Of a stretch of DNA of 64,000 nt, positions 50,911-63,886 are shown piece after piece; the stretch's first letter is position 1, and each line of letters opens with the position of its first letter. The notes beneath the pieces are model-generated. The model ran no database searches. It was given only the letters and a program-made list of their open reading frames with translations, and had not been told where the DNA came from. The DNA comes from Macrostomum lignano (Eukaryota). The stretch is from assembly GCA_002269645.1 (NCBI GenBank), contig NIVC01001503.1:124001-188000 (forward strand), in the 5' to 3' direction. The position numbers and the translations under genes were made by a program.

Positions 50911-53179
50911 CAAATCAGCAGAAAAGTCCCGTTCTGTCAGTCCAATGGTTGGATTTGTCTGGCGCAGAATTCGCACTGAACACTCGACCGCCTTAAGCGG
51001 TTTGCAGCCCTTTGCTCACCCAGATTTCGAACAAGTTCGGCGGCCACTTAGGTGTAGAAGCTCACCTGGACCCCCTTTTTGAGCAGACCGCCTCCCCCCC
51101 CCCCAATCCGGCCAAATCCGCTCCCAATCTGGGGGGGGGCGCCACTCCGATGGAAGCCGAAGCTTATAAGCGGGGATGTCTCGGGGCCAACAGCTGAAGT
51201 TCCTCATATGGGGGCGGCGGCTCTCGGCTGGCCTCCCAACTCGTTAGACTCGAGCAGGCAGCCCGCCTCCTGTCGGAAATAAGAGGAGGCCAGGGGATCA
51301 GCCAGGTAGGGGCCGCGGCTCTCTCAGACGGCGAGCGGGGGCGAAGTCGGCGGCCGCGCAAAATGAAAGGGGAAAAGATTGCGCCGAGCAGAAGGGAAGC
51401 GAAATGCGTTTTGAGAGCATTGGAGACTGGGAAGAGGGGGGACCGGGAGCAAGATGAGGCTGGGGAGAGAGAGAGAGAGAGAAAGGGTTAAATCTTGGGA
51501 GTAAATCCCCAGGATTCCAAGCTCGGGGCTGGGCGAGCTTTCAGAGAAAGGATGAGGCTGCGGGCTGGAGATGGGGGCTGATGGGGCTGCTGCAGCGAGG
51601 CTGGGAGGCTGGGAGCGGCCTGGAAATAATGATGAGCTCAGGTAGGCCCGGGACCGTAATCCCGCTTCACCTACCAGTCAGCCGCAGCCTCCGGGAACGT
51701 CACTTAATTAGCGTCGTCCTCCCAGCCTTCCCGTCCTTCCCTCCTCCTTCGCCCCGCTGTCTCCCTCCGCCTTCTTTTCCTCTTCTTTGCTCCCACTCTT
51801 GCAGGCCAACTTTCGCCCTCTCCTCCTCACTTTCTCGGCCGGCCTGTCAAATCCAAGCCGCGGCTCGGCCGCCCTCCAGCTCCAAGCCGGCCGCCGCTTC
51901 AGCTGCGCCCGTAAAGGCGGGGCTTTGGAGGGGGTTTGCGGATGAAGCTTCTCAGGGCGGGGACAAAATCCCCTCCAGGGTCTCTTCGTTTTTCTCCTCC
52001 ATCTTTCTCTCTCTCTCTCTCTAATCTCGCAGCCACACCCTGACACTCTCCGCTACATTCGGCCAGCCTTCTGTCTCTGCCACCCTCACCACCCACCTAT
52101 GGCGCATCGGACCAGGTGTCCAAGAAATAGAGAGAGCGAGAGAGGGGGGAGGCTGCTTCCTACTCCTAAAAAAGCGGAGCTCTCCGAGAGAGCGGACTGG
52201 AGTCCGCGGACCAGCTGCGTCCCTGATTGCATTAAGCCGCCCGGGCGGCCCTGAGGACCTTTGGCGTAGCCTCATCAAACCGGCGTACGAACCCCCCTCC
52301 GGGATCCTCCGCTTCCCATTTTTAAACTGTTTCACTCTGACTGAGCTGGCAGGTGTGTCTCATCGCCTGTTGCTCCGTCGGAGGTCCCGGATTCGAGTCG
52401 CAGCAGAGGAAATTTAGTAGGAGAGCTGAGCAGCCCAGTGGCCGCTAGCAATACTAATACTCTGCCTTCACTGTTTCTTTTGCTTTGCCCCCAGGGCAGT
52501 GGCCCAGCAGGCAAAAGGGATTATCTTTTCCCTTTTCCTCTCCTGGTCCTGCCTCCTCCCTGCCTCCCTCCCCGTGTCCTCGCCTCCCGCGCTCCTTTAT
52601 CTCAATCCGTCTTCCTCTCTACCAAACTCGCCTTTCTCTTCCTCTCGGACAGCGCAGCATTGATTTACCTGACTGGCCGAAAGTGAGGAAAAAACTATGC
52701 CTATACTATGAGGCGGAGAAGCTGGGGGACAGGTTGGCGCTCGGACTCGCAGCCTCCCAGCTGCCGCATCACTGCAACTCAAAGCTACAGCTTCTCTCTA
52801 CGCTGCTCGCCTCACCCAGATTTTGTTCCGCATGGATTTTTTATGTCAGTTACAGCTCCGGTTTGTGGTGGGGGGGCACCCCTGCCAGTCCCCGGCCGGC
52901 TGTAACAGGTCAATAAAATGTTTGATCCCCAGGCCCAGCGGTGACTTCTCCCGTTCCGCATCATTCCCATGTCTCCATTGATGACATCCCAGAGATATCT
53001 TCCAGCTACCCCGCCGCTCCCATTTTTATCCTTATGCAATCATTCGTTGAGGGATCACGAGAGCCCGCCGTGCTCAAAATTAATATGCTGGAATTTTCTT
53101 AACAGAGAGGGGAGACGCTGGCAAAACTCCACGGTTCCCTTTCAGCCTCACTGACTCCCGAGATATTTTGCCTCCTCTT

Positions 53180-54060
53180 CATCTCTTTCTTTCCTCTACT
53201 CTCACATATCTACTCTCCCATCTCATGTCTACTCTCCGATCCTACGTCTACTCTCCGATCCTACGTCTACTCTCCCATCCCATGTCTTCTCTCCCATCTC
53301 ATATCTACTCTCTCATCTCATTTCTACTCTCCCATCTCATGTCTACTCTCCCATCACATGTCTACTCTCTTTCTCATGTCTACTCTTCCATCTCATATCT
53401 ACTCTCCCATCATGTCTACTCTCAGGCGCGTCGCCACCGGGGGGGACATGAGTGCCTGCGGCGCCAAAATGAGTGCCTGCGGCACCAAAATGAGTGCCTG
53501 CGGCGCCAAAATGATTGCCTGCGGAGTCAAAATGAGTGCCTGTGGCGCCAAAATGAGTGCCTGCGGCGCCAAAATGATTGCATGCGGAGTCAAAATGAGT
53601 GCCTGCGGCGCCAAAATGAGTGCCTGCGGCACCAAAATGTGTGCCTGCGGCGCCAAAATGATTGCCTGCGGAGTCAAAATGAGTGCCTGCGGCGCCAAAA
53701 TGAGTGCCTGCGGCGCCAAAATGAGTGCCTGCGGAGTCAAAATGAGTGCCTGCGGCGCCAAAATGAGTGCCTGCGGCGCCAAAATGAGTGCCTGCGGAGT
53801 CAAAATGAGTGCTGACAACACGATTCTCAAAATAATGAAAATGTAGGAATTCAGTCATGTACATGTACATGTTGAATTCTTGGCTTTGTTTCCCCATCAT
53901 AAAATCCATGGCGACGTCCCTGTCTACTCTCCGATCCGATCCCATGTCTACTCTCCCATCTCATTCTTGCTTTCCATTCAATATCACTTCTCTTTCTCAT
54001 GTCTACTCTCTACTACCATGTCTAGCCTCCATCTCATTCTGTTAATTTTTGTCCTATCTC
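53180..54060. repeat. Degenerate CATGTCTACTCTCCCATCT minisatellite split by a MITE
   Basis: Units on both sides of 53423-53922. Confidence 0.85.
53423..53922. mobile_element. hAT-type MITE, 500 bp, carrying an internal 21-bp array GAGTGCCTGCGGCGCCAAAAT
   Basis: TIR CAGG(C/G)(G/A)CGTCGCCA; 8-bp TSD TCTACTCT at 53415-53422 and 53923-53930. Confidence 0.82.
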
Positions 54061-54679
54061 TAACTTTTTCCTCTTAATCCAGATTCCAGTCCCCCCAGGC
54101 TGGAGCAGTTTGCAGCAGCCTCTCAATCGGCATGCGATGAAGCAGCAGTGGGGATCTGCTTGTGCCCGAATACGGGGATATCGCTGCTGGTTGCCCCGCC
54201 TCTGAATTGGGACTGGTGGTTGTTCAGCTGCATAGCTGATGAGACAGTCAGGCGGGTGGCCTCTCTGCAATCGGCCCCGCAATCACGCATTCAGGCCAGG
54301 CAACTCGCGGCTGAGACAAAAAACACCAGGAAAATGTCTGGCAGAGAGCAGCTGAGCTTTGATTGAGTCAACTGCGGGGAATTTGGTTTCTGGCGAGTCT
54401 TCAACTCTGTTGGGAATTCCGATGCGATTTTTGGAAGCCGGTCGGTCCTGTGGGATGCGGCCAGATGACATGAGATTGCCACTGAGAGCAGATGCCTTGT
54501 CACCATGCGCTTCTGTCTCTTGTTTTGCGTTTCTGCTCTGGGGGGGGGATTTTGTGCGCTTGCTGGCTGGTGGAAACCTCTGGCTATTTTTTCCTGGAAT
54601 GATTTTCAAAGGAGTCAATGAAGAGGAAAGTAAAGGGTGAAACGGTAATAATGAGTCTGAGGGAAGCGGGAAGTCAGGG

Positions 54680-55730
54680 ATCTGAGGGAAATGAAGGATC
54701 TGCGGGAAATGAAGGATGTCAGGGAAATGAAGGATCTGCTGAGGGAAATGAAGGATATGAGGGAAATGAAGGATGTGAGGGAAATGAAGGATCTGCTGAG
54801 GGAAATGAAGGATCTGAGGGAAATGAAGGATGTGAGGGAAATGAAGGATCTGGGGGAAATGAAGGATCTGAGGGAAATGAAGGATCTGAGGGAAATGAAG
54901 GATCTGAGGGAAATGAAGGATCTGAGGGAAATGAAGGATCTGAGGGAAATGAAGGATCTGAGGGAAATGAAGGATCTGAGGGAAATGAAGGATCTGAGGG
55001 AAATGAAGAATCTGAGGGAAATGAAGGATTTGAGGGAAATGAAGGATCTGAGGGAAATGAAGGATCTGAAAGAAGCGCAGAGTTAGGTATGGGGGTATGA
55101 AGGATTTGAGGGAAATGAAGGATCTGCTGAGGGTAATGAAGGATGTGAGGGAAATGAAGGATTTGAGGGAAATGAAGGATCTGCTGAGGGTAATGAAGGA
55201 TGTGAGGGAAATGAAGGATCTGCTGAGGGAAATGAAGGATCTGAGGGAAATGAAGAATCTGAGAGAAGCGCAGAGTTAGGTATGGGGGTATGAAGGATTT
55301 GAGGGAAATGAAGGATCTGCTGAGGGTAATGAAGGATGTGAGGGAAATGAAGGATCTGCTGAGGGAAATGAAGGATCTGAGGGAAATGAAGAATCTGAGA
55401 GAAGCGCAGAGTTAGGTATGGGGGTATGAAGGATTTGAGGGAAATGAAGGATCTGCTGAGGGTAATGAAGGATGTGAGGGAAATGAAGGATCTGCTGAGG
55501 GAAATGAAGGATCCGAGGGAAATGAAGAATCTGAGAGAAGCGCAGAGTTAGGTATGGGGTATGAAGGATTTGAGGGAAATGAAGGATCTGCTGAGGGTAA
55601 TGAAGGATGTGAGGGAAATGAAGGATCTGCTGAGGGAAATGAAGGATCCGAGGGAAATGAAGAATCTGAGAGAAGCGCAGAGTTAGGTATGGGGGTATGA
55701 AGGATTTGAGGGAAATGAAGGATCTGAGGA
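54680..55730. repeat. 18-bp minisatellite GAGGGAAATGAAGGATCT with an approximately 135-bp higher-order repeat in its 3' half
   Basis: Read directly; marker GCGCAGAGTTAGGTATGGGG recurs 5 times. Confidence 0.95.
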
Positions 55731-56404
55731 AAGCGGGAGTGAACGGCTGGAGGCCATCTTTACAATTCGTTATTCGAACAAATCTCCAAGAGTGAAAAGA
55801 GAACTCGCGTCAAGTTGAGAGAGAGCTTTCCCCCTTTCTCCATTCTGCCAACACGTTCGAGCCAATTTTCGGCGCTCGAAGTTGAGTAAAAACTGGTTGC
55901 CCCACCCCATCAACCAGCCGGCTGCGGTGCGGTCTCGAAGTGGCCAGCCAGGCGTGTAAGCCAGCCCCGATTTCGCACTGGTAGGAAGTGGAAGTGTGCA
56001 GCTAAACTAGTTTCTTTTTCTCCTTTTTTAAGCCAGCCACCGCCCGCACTCCGCTGAGTTATTGCCGGCCGACAGTGTGGGATATAAGTGTCATTCATCT
56101 CCGGTCCGGAGCCGCTGGAAGAATGAGAGAACGGCTGAGAAGAGAGAGAAAGAGGGAGCGGCTGCAGCTGGGAGAAGTCGGAGAGCTCGGATCAAAGTTC
56201 CCTCGCATTGCCCCCCCCCTCTTCCCCATTTTTGAGTGAGTTTGGAAGCAGATGCCACTGCTAAACTGAGAGAGCTGAAAACTCGATGGGCCAAAATTCC
56301 GGCCTGGGGGGAGCAGCCATCGCTCTTTGACTGAGGAGGCTGGGAAGCTGAGCGGCTCTGATACACTTTGCTAGTGTTATTGTTAAATAACAATGGGCTT
56401 GAGA

Positions 56405-58468
56405 GATTATATGGAATGGATTGCTAATCTAGCCTACATCATGGATGAAGGAATAGAATGGATTGCTAATCTAGCCTGCATCATGAATGCAGGAATAGAA
56501 TGGATTGCTAATCTAGCCTACACCAATGAAGGAATAGAATGGATTGCTAATCTAGCCTGCATCATGAATGAAGGAATATAATGGATTGCTAATCTAGCCT
56601 ACATCATGAATGAAGAAATAGAATGGATTGCTAATCTAGCCTACATCATGGATGAAGGAATAGAATGGATTGCTAATCTAGCCTGCATCATGAATGAAGG
56701 AATATAATGGATTGCTAATCTAGCCTACATCATGAATGAAGAAATAGAATGGATTGCTAATCTAGCCTACATCATGGATGAAGGAATAGAATGGATTGCT
56801 AATCTAGCCTACACCAATGAAGGAATAGAATGGATTGCTAATCTAGCCTACATCATGAATGAAGGAATAGAATGGATTGCTAATCTAGCCTGCATCATGA
56901 ATGAAGGAATAGAATGGATTGCTAATCTAGCCTACATCATGGATGAAGGAATAGAATGGATTGCTAATCTAGCCTACATCATGAATGAAGAAATAGAATG
57001 GATTGCTAATCTAGCCTACATCATGAATGAAGGAATAGAATGGATTGCTAATCTAGCCTGCATCATAAATGAAGGAATAGAATGGATTGCTAATCTAGCC
57101 TACATCAATGAAGGAATAGAATGGATTGCTAATCTAGCCTACATCATGAATGAAGGAATAGAATGGATTGCTAATCTAGCCTACATCATGAATGAAGAAA
57201 TAGAATGGATTGCTAATCTAGCCTACCTCATGAATGAAGGAATAGAATGGATTGCTAATCTAGCCTACATCATGAATGAAGAAATAGAATGGATTGCTAA
57301 TCTAGCCTACACCAATGAAGGAATAGAATGGATTGCTAATCTAGCCTACACCAATGAAGGAATAGAATGGATTGCTAATCTAGCCTACATCATAAATGAA
57401 GGAATAGAATGGATTGCTAATCTAGCCTGCATCATAAATGAAGGAATAGAATGGATTGCTAATCTAGCCTACATCATGAATGAAGGAATAGAATGGATTG
57501 CTAATCTAGCCTACATCATGAATGAAGGAATAGAATGGATTGCTAATCTAGCCTACATCATGAATGAAGAAATAGAATGGATTGCTAATCTAGCCTACCT
57601 CATGAATGAAGGAATAGAATGGATTGCTAATCTAGCCTACATCATGAATGAAGAAATAGAATGGATTGCTAATCTAGCCTACACCAATGAAGGAATAGAA
57701 TGGATTGCTAATCTAGCCTACACCAATGAAGGAATAGAATGGATTGCTAATCTAGCCTACATCATAAATGAAGGAATAGAATGGATTGCTAATCTAGCCT
57801 GCATCATAAATGAAGGAATAGAATGGATTGCTAATCTAGCCTACATCATGAATGAAGGAATAGAATGGATTGCTAATCTAGCCTACATCATGAATGAAGG
57901 AATAGAATGGATTGCTAATCTAGCCTACATCATGAATGAAGAAATAGAATGGATTGCTAATATAGCCTACATCATGGATGAAGGAATAGAATGGATTGCT
58001 AATCTAGCCTACACCAATGAAGGAATAGAATGGATTGCTAATCTAGCCTACATCATGAATGAAGGAATAGAATGGATTGCTAATCTAGCCTGCATCATGA
58101 ATGAAGGAATAGAATGGATTGCTAATCTAGCCTACATCATGAATGAAGGAATAGAATGGATTGCTAATCTAGCCTACATCATGAATGAAGGAATAGAATG
58201 GACTGCTAATCTAGCCTACATCATGAATGAAGGAATAGAATGGATTGCTAATCTAGCCTACATCATGAATGAAGGAATAGAATGGACTGCTAATCTAGCC
58301 TACATCATGAATGAAGGAATAAAATGGATTGCTAATCTAGCCTACTTCATGAATGAAGGAATAGAATGGATTGCTAATCTGGCCTACACCAATGAAGGAA
58401 TAGAATGGATTGCTAATCTAGCCTGCTTCATGAATGAAGGAATAGAATGGATTGCTAATCTGGCCTAG
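56405..58468. repeat. 42/39-bp minisatellite ATGAATGAAGGAATAGAATGGATTGCTAATCTAGCCTACATC
   Basis: Read directly. Confidence 0.98.
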
Positions 58469-59392
58469 ATGAGCCTAGATGAATAGAATAGCATTTTAAG
58501 TAGGTAATTAAAAGTGAATTCGCCGAGTTTCTCTACGTGAGGCCCTGTAGCTCAGTCAGGCGCGCCCCTTCGTGACCCATTGGCCGAAAACTGGCCCCTA
58601 AGATTTCCGCCCGAGCTTGGCTTAGGGATCGGGAGGACGAGGCTGCGGGTTGGGATTTGAGCAACACAGGATCTGGCAGTGATTACACCTTGATTCGGGT
58701 TACATCCCGATGCCCGGCCTTGCTACATGGGGGCTTTTCGCTTGCCTGCCTTGCCGCCTTTGCTACCAGAGAGAGATGGGGAGAGTGGGCGGGCGCATGA
58801 GCTGGATGGATTCTGGATCATGGAGGCGAAATTCAGGCAAGCGCGAAAGACTGAATGCAGGTCTGGGGAAGCAGAGAACCCCACGCATCGCTACGGGGTA
58901 AAAGGGGAGCACCTCACCTGACTGACTGACTTATTGCGGCGGTTCTGCATCAAAAGAGACTGAGGTTGCTGGGTTAGGATTTTTTGGGGTAAGCAAGCTG
59001 ATGGAGAAAGAGAGAGGCCCAATGGACCGCAGCGAATATTTTTAGTTTGTGTTTTCCAGCGCTGCCTGCCCTCTGTTTGCCTTTAAGGCGACGTTTTCCT
59101 TTGTGCCCCAAAAAACGGATTTCCACCTGGCCTGATCCTCGCAGTTTTCTTTCTGATCATTTGTTTTTTCTTCAAGCTCAGCTGCGTTAAAAAGCCTGCG
59201 TGCTCAGTGGTTTTGGTTTCCAAAGCCGGTAATTATTATTTGTACAGCCACTGTTAAGAAGAGCTGACAGATATGACTGTTCCTTGTGCCTTTCAGTCAA
59301 GTATTCAGCAATATTATTGAGCAGAAATATTGGCTGCATATGGTGATTCATACGTATTTATCTTACCAGCCGTCGTATAGGCAGCCGATTTC

Positions 59393-60075
59393 ACACCCAG
59401 AACCGCCCTCTCCTCCGCCTAGGCCCTAGACAAAATGAACTCATCTCAATCTGTTTAACACCCAGAACCGCCCTCTCCTCCGCCTAGGCCCTAGACAAAA
59501 TGAACTCATCTCAATCTGTTTCACACCCAGAACCGCCCTCTCCTCCGCCTAGGCCCTAGACAAAATGAACTCATCTCAATCTGTTTAACACCCAGAACCG
59601 CCCTCTCCTCCGCCTAGGCCCTAGACAAAATGAACTCATCTCAATCTGTTTAACACCCAGAACCGCCCTCTCCTCCGCCTAGGCCCTAGACAAAATGAAC
59701 TCTTATCTCAATCTGTTCAACATCCAGAACCACCCTCTCCTCCGCCTAGGCCCTAGACAAAATGAACTCATCTCAATCTGTTTAACACCCAGAACCGCCC
59801 TCTCCTCCGCCTAGGCCCTAGACAAAATGAACTCATCTCAATCTGTTTAACACCCAGAACCGCCCTCTCCTCCGCCTAGGCCCTAGACAAAATGAACTCT
59901 TATCTCAATCTGTTTCACACCCAGAACCGCCCTCTCCTCCGCCTAGGCCCTAGACAAAATGAACTCTTATCTCAATCTGTTTAACACCCAGAACCGCCCT
60001 CTCCTCCGCCTAGGCCCTAGACAAAATGAACTCATCTCAATCTGTTTCACACCGAGTCGCCTACCCTAGACAAAA
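59393..60075. repeat. 65/67-bp minisatellite ending about 40 nt before the exon 6 acceptor
   Basis: ACACCCAG markers at 59393 and 59458 give a 65-bp period. Confidence 0.96.
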
Positions 60076-60117
60076 TGAAGCCTATAGCATTTCTGGCACT
60101 TAATTCTTTCTTCTCAG

Positions 60118-60345
60118 GCCGAGTCGGCACCGCTGTGGCCATCCGAGCTCGGGCTTTTGGCTTCCAGGTTGTGGTGTTCGATCCAAACCTGGCCGAAGGC
60201 GTCGAGAGCTCGTTCGGCGTCGGCAGGGCCGGCAGCATTGAGGAGCTGGTGGCGGCCAGCGACTGCGTGAGTTTGCACTGCCCGGATGGGCCGGGCACTC
60301 GCAGACTCATCAGCGAGCAGGCGATTCGATGCGCCAAAAAGACAG
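60118..60345 (+). CDS. CtBP: THAP-CtBP exon 6 (NAD-binding domain)
   Basis: TTCTCAG|(G)RVGTAVAIRARAFGFQVVVFDP...SDCVSLHC...KKT g|GTGAGT; completes GFGRVG. Confidence 0.93.
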
Positions 60346-60467
60346 GTGAGTGTTGAAACTAAACAGGAATGTTGTCAATCAGTCCAGGAGAAGAGCCTAT
60401 GTTGCAGCAGAGTTTATTGACCAATTTATTCCAACGCTATCTCCGTGGTTGCCCGTGGTCTCCGCAG

Positions 60468-60599
60468 GCTTCTTTCTGGTGAACACCTGCTCCGCCGCGC
60501 TGATGGACGAGGCCGCAGTGGCCGACGCCCTACGCGACGGTATTGTCCGCGGCCTTGCGCTCGACCTGCCCAACCGCTGCGCCATTGACGTTGAGAATG
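60468..60599 (+). CDS. CtBP: THAP-CtBP exon 7
   Basis: CCGCAG|(G)FFLVNTCSAALMDEAAVADALRDGIVRGLALDLPNRCAIDVEN g|GTGAGC. Confidence 0.92.
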
Positions 60600-61120
60600 G
60601 TGAGCTGCTCATAAAGTCACCTGCTCTAGCATGATTTATGATTATATTATTGGGTCAGATACCCAAAATGGTTATGCAAAACTTTTATAATTAATCATGT
60701 CAATCGTGCTTCTTAGAATACGAAGTAGCTGTGTGAGTTTATTTATTATTTTAGACTTTTTCCATAATTAGGCTATACTAAACACAAATGACAATTGCCT
60801 ACTAACGAAAGTAGCCAGAAAAGAATGCAAAGCGAATCTCTTTAATAGTGTGGGCAAAAAGATTTAGCATTTTTAGCACTAAAATTGCCAGAAGCTCTTG
60901 TGAATTTTTAACTGGAGCAAAGGTGTATTGTCAGGTGAAAATCACTCGCAGCACGCACACGCTCACGCAGGGTGTACAGCGGCTCTGACTTCTCACTGTC
61001 AGGCATGTTCGCCTCTGTGCCTTTGGGAGTTGGCCCTCATGGGCGGGAGCTACAGGTCCTGGGCCAATTTACTTGTCCATGTCCGACAACACCTCTCCCC
61101 TCTGCTCCCCGCTACCGCAG

Positions 61121-61543
61121 GCGCCCTGAAGGACTGCCCGAACGTGGTGGCCACCCCGGGCTCGGCCTTCTACAGCGACCAGGCCTGCGCCGAGCTGCGC
61201 GAGCTGGCGGCAGAGGAGATCCGGCGCGGATTGGCCGGCCGCCTGCCGGACAGTCTGAAATTCTGCGTCAACTCGGAGCCGGCCGCCATTGCCTGTCCGG
61301 CCAAGCGGCCTCGGACAGCCGGTCAGGCGCGCTTTGCCACGGCGACTGCCTCGACCGCCTCCTCATCATCCGGAGCGTCGTCCAGCACCGGAGGCAGCAT
61401 CGGCCGGGGCGGCGGCTGCACCAGCGGCGACTTTCTTCACCAGGCAGCCAAACGGGCTGCCGCGGCGGCGGCCGCAGCTTCCTGCCTGTCGAAGCCGGTG
61501 CCGCCACCAGGCTTCGGGGCGCCGCCGATCCGACTGAACTTTG
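61121..61543 (+). CDS. CtBP: THAP-CtBP exon 8 (end of core, disordered tail)
   Basis: CCGCAG|(G)ALKDCPNVVATPGSAFYSDQA...EEIRRGLAGRLPDSLKFCVN...PAKRPR...RLNF g|GTGAGT. Confidence 0.92.
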
Positions 61544-61562
61544 GTGAGTTGAGTGACTTGTC

Positions 61563-62040
61563 TGAGTGACCCATGAGTGACCCATGAGTGACCCATGAGT
61601 GACCCATGAGTGACCCATGAGTGACCCATGAGTGATCCATGAGTGACTCATGAGTGACCCATGAGTGACCCATGAGTGACCCATGAGTGACCCATGAGTG
61701 ACCCATGAGTGACCCATGAGCCAATGAGTAACCCATGAGCCCATGAGTGACCCATGAGCCAATGAGTGACCCATGAGCCAATGAGTGACCATGAGCCAAT
61801 GAGTGACCCATGAGCCAATGAGTGACCCATGAGCCAATGAGTGACCCATGAGCCAATGAGTGACCCATGAGCCAATGAGTGACCCATGAGCCAATGAGTG
61901 ACCCATGAGCCAATGAGTGACCCATGAGCCAATGAGTGACCCATGAGCCAATGAGTGACCCATGAGCCAATGAGTGACCCATGAGCCAATGAGTGACCCA
62001 TGAGCCAATGAGTGACCCATGAGTGATCCATGAGTGACCG
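61563..62040. repeat. 11-bp ATGAGTGACCC and derived 20-bp array filling CtBP intron 8
   Basis: Read directly. Confidence 0.96.
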
Positions 62041-62114
62041 TGCAACTGTCCATAGAAGAACATGGCTTTGATGAGCCGTCATTAACTCGCCAGCTCGCCA
62101 ACCCCCGTTGCTAG

Positions 62115-62257
62115 GCTACGTGGACTCGCTCCCCCAGTCGAGCTTGGCCTCCCTAATGCTGCCGGGAGCCAATTATGACTCGCTGCATGCCGCCGCGCTC
62201 AGCTCGGTTGCGCCCCTTCACTATGACGCGTTCGGCAAGAAGGACATTCTTATCTGA
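62115..62257 (+). CDS. CtBP: THAP-CtBP probable terminal exon 9
   Basis: TGCTAG acceptor in phase 1; GC-rich open frame (G)YVDSLPQSSLASLMLPGANYDSLH...GKKDILI*; no homology support. Confidence 0.55.
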
Positions 62258-63767
62258 TGTTGAACAAGCTTTTAAATTCGATGCATGCAGTTTGAAACAC
62301 ACTTTTCTATCTTATTATATCAATATATTTTGAGTCATGTCTCGATATATAATTCATGATTAGAGAGTCATAGCCGCCCGCACCCTGTTGCTCCGTTTCA
62401 ACACGTCTTGTTAATCCTTGTAAAGAAAGGCGCACCTCCGCCCCAGTTGCAGAAATGTTTTTTTTTGCTTTTTTTGCTGCTTATCCGTAGCCGTCTCCAG
62501 TGTCCAGTTGTAGCTGCAGTGTGCTTTTTTGCTAAAAGTACAAATTTGTGATTTTAAAATTCAATGCTTTGCGTCGCTTCAAGGCTATTCGTGAAATAAA
62601 TGTCTGTTTAACTGTTCTCACTATTTTGATTTCTGTTTAATATTTTGCTTGTGTAAAGCAGTGTTCGAATGTGTGTAGTGCTTATTCTTAGCACAGCTAG
62701 TGAAACACAGTTCTCGCACACCTGCTGCAGGTACGCAAGCTTGATTGCTTATTTACTTCACATTTGCTTTTTGTAGACGCTTTATTAAAATGCTCTTATA
62801 TTTTCTCACGTTTTTTGTAAATTTATAATTGTCATGCTTGCACTCAACTACTACTAGGCTAGTGGGCAGTAGTGTTTGTGTGTATTTGTTCGCAAAATTA
62901 AAAGAATACTTCTTTTATTAGAATTGTACTTGATCTTGCCTCTTGAATCAGACAGATCGGCTCGCTAGCGGAGTCCCAGCAGGGTTCGGTAGTTCAACAG
63001 ATGAATGAAAGCGACGTTTTATTTCGAAGAAAAAGTAACTCTTTTTGAAAGCTTTTTAAAGAATGCGTCTCATTTTTGCCCGTGTTTTTTACGGTCTCGC
63101 TTGCCTGCTTTAAATACGTTTGTGTTTGCAAATATTAATATTCAACATTATATTGCATGTTTATTAGAGCATACGATTAATTAAAATGCCAGAAACGAGT
63201 TCACGTAATTTTAAAATTTTAAATTCGCACGGAGGAAGAAAAATAAGTCAGACTTGCACCAAATTTGGAAGAAAAGCAATTCAAAAGCACTCGAAATTGG
63301 GGGGGGGGGGTGAAACCAGATGGAGCATCAAAGGCCTCAGTTTCCTTTCTAAATCTTTCCAACTCGTTCTGAAATTACGTTTAGGACCGAAACGTCTTCA
63401 TAAAATATTGGAGAGTTTATGAACAGCTTAGTTAAAATGCTGTAAAATTTGCTAACTATTGCTTCAGAATAACAAATTAAAATTGAAGTTTTTTATACGC
63501 TAAATAGAAAACGATGCTTGAACTTCTGGGCAGGGATAATTTCTCTAGTAAAGACAAATCCGAGCAAGCAGAAGTAATAATAAGAATTGATTGCACCTGC
63601 CGTAATGGGCAGATGTGCAACCGACAGCTCAGCCGTAGCTATTGCGCGGCGCATCTGAAGGCTGCGTACGGCTGTTCAGTTCAAGGACTGGGGGGTCGCC
63701 ACACACACCCTCAATTACCCCAGCTAATGCTGGCACCCATTTTACAGCTGGGTGAACTGAAGCAATC

Positions 63768-63880
63768 CTGTACTTTGAGTGCTGCCACCCACCTCATTCC
63801 ATCCCTGTACTTTGAGTGCTGTCACCCACCTCACTCCATTCCTGTACTTTGAGTGCGGCCGTCCACCTCACTCCATCCCG
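63768..63880. repeat. Three copies of an approximately 38-bp unit CCTGTACTTTGAGTGC...
   Basis: Read directly. Confidence 0.8.
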
Positions 63881-63886
63881 ATCAGT

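Noticed and set aside
54618-55279. EGNEGS and MKDLRE repeat ORFs
   Set aside because: Overlapping frames of an 18-bp minisatellite.
56732-58468. 578-aa EGIEWIANLAY-repeat protein
   Set aside because: Intronic tandem repeat with units divisible by 3; changes are not concentrated at third codon positions.
58542-58620. tRNA-like start GGCCCTGTAGCTCAGTCAGG
   Set aside because: A-box-like only; no anticodon arm, B-box or acceptor pairing downstream.
60972-61629. Alternative-frame and antisense ORFs over CtBP exon 8 and the 11-bp array
   Set aside because: Shadow ORFs of GC-rich coding sequence and repeat.
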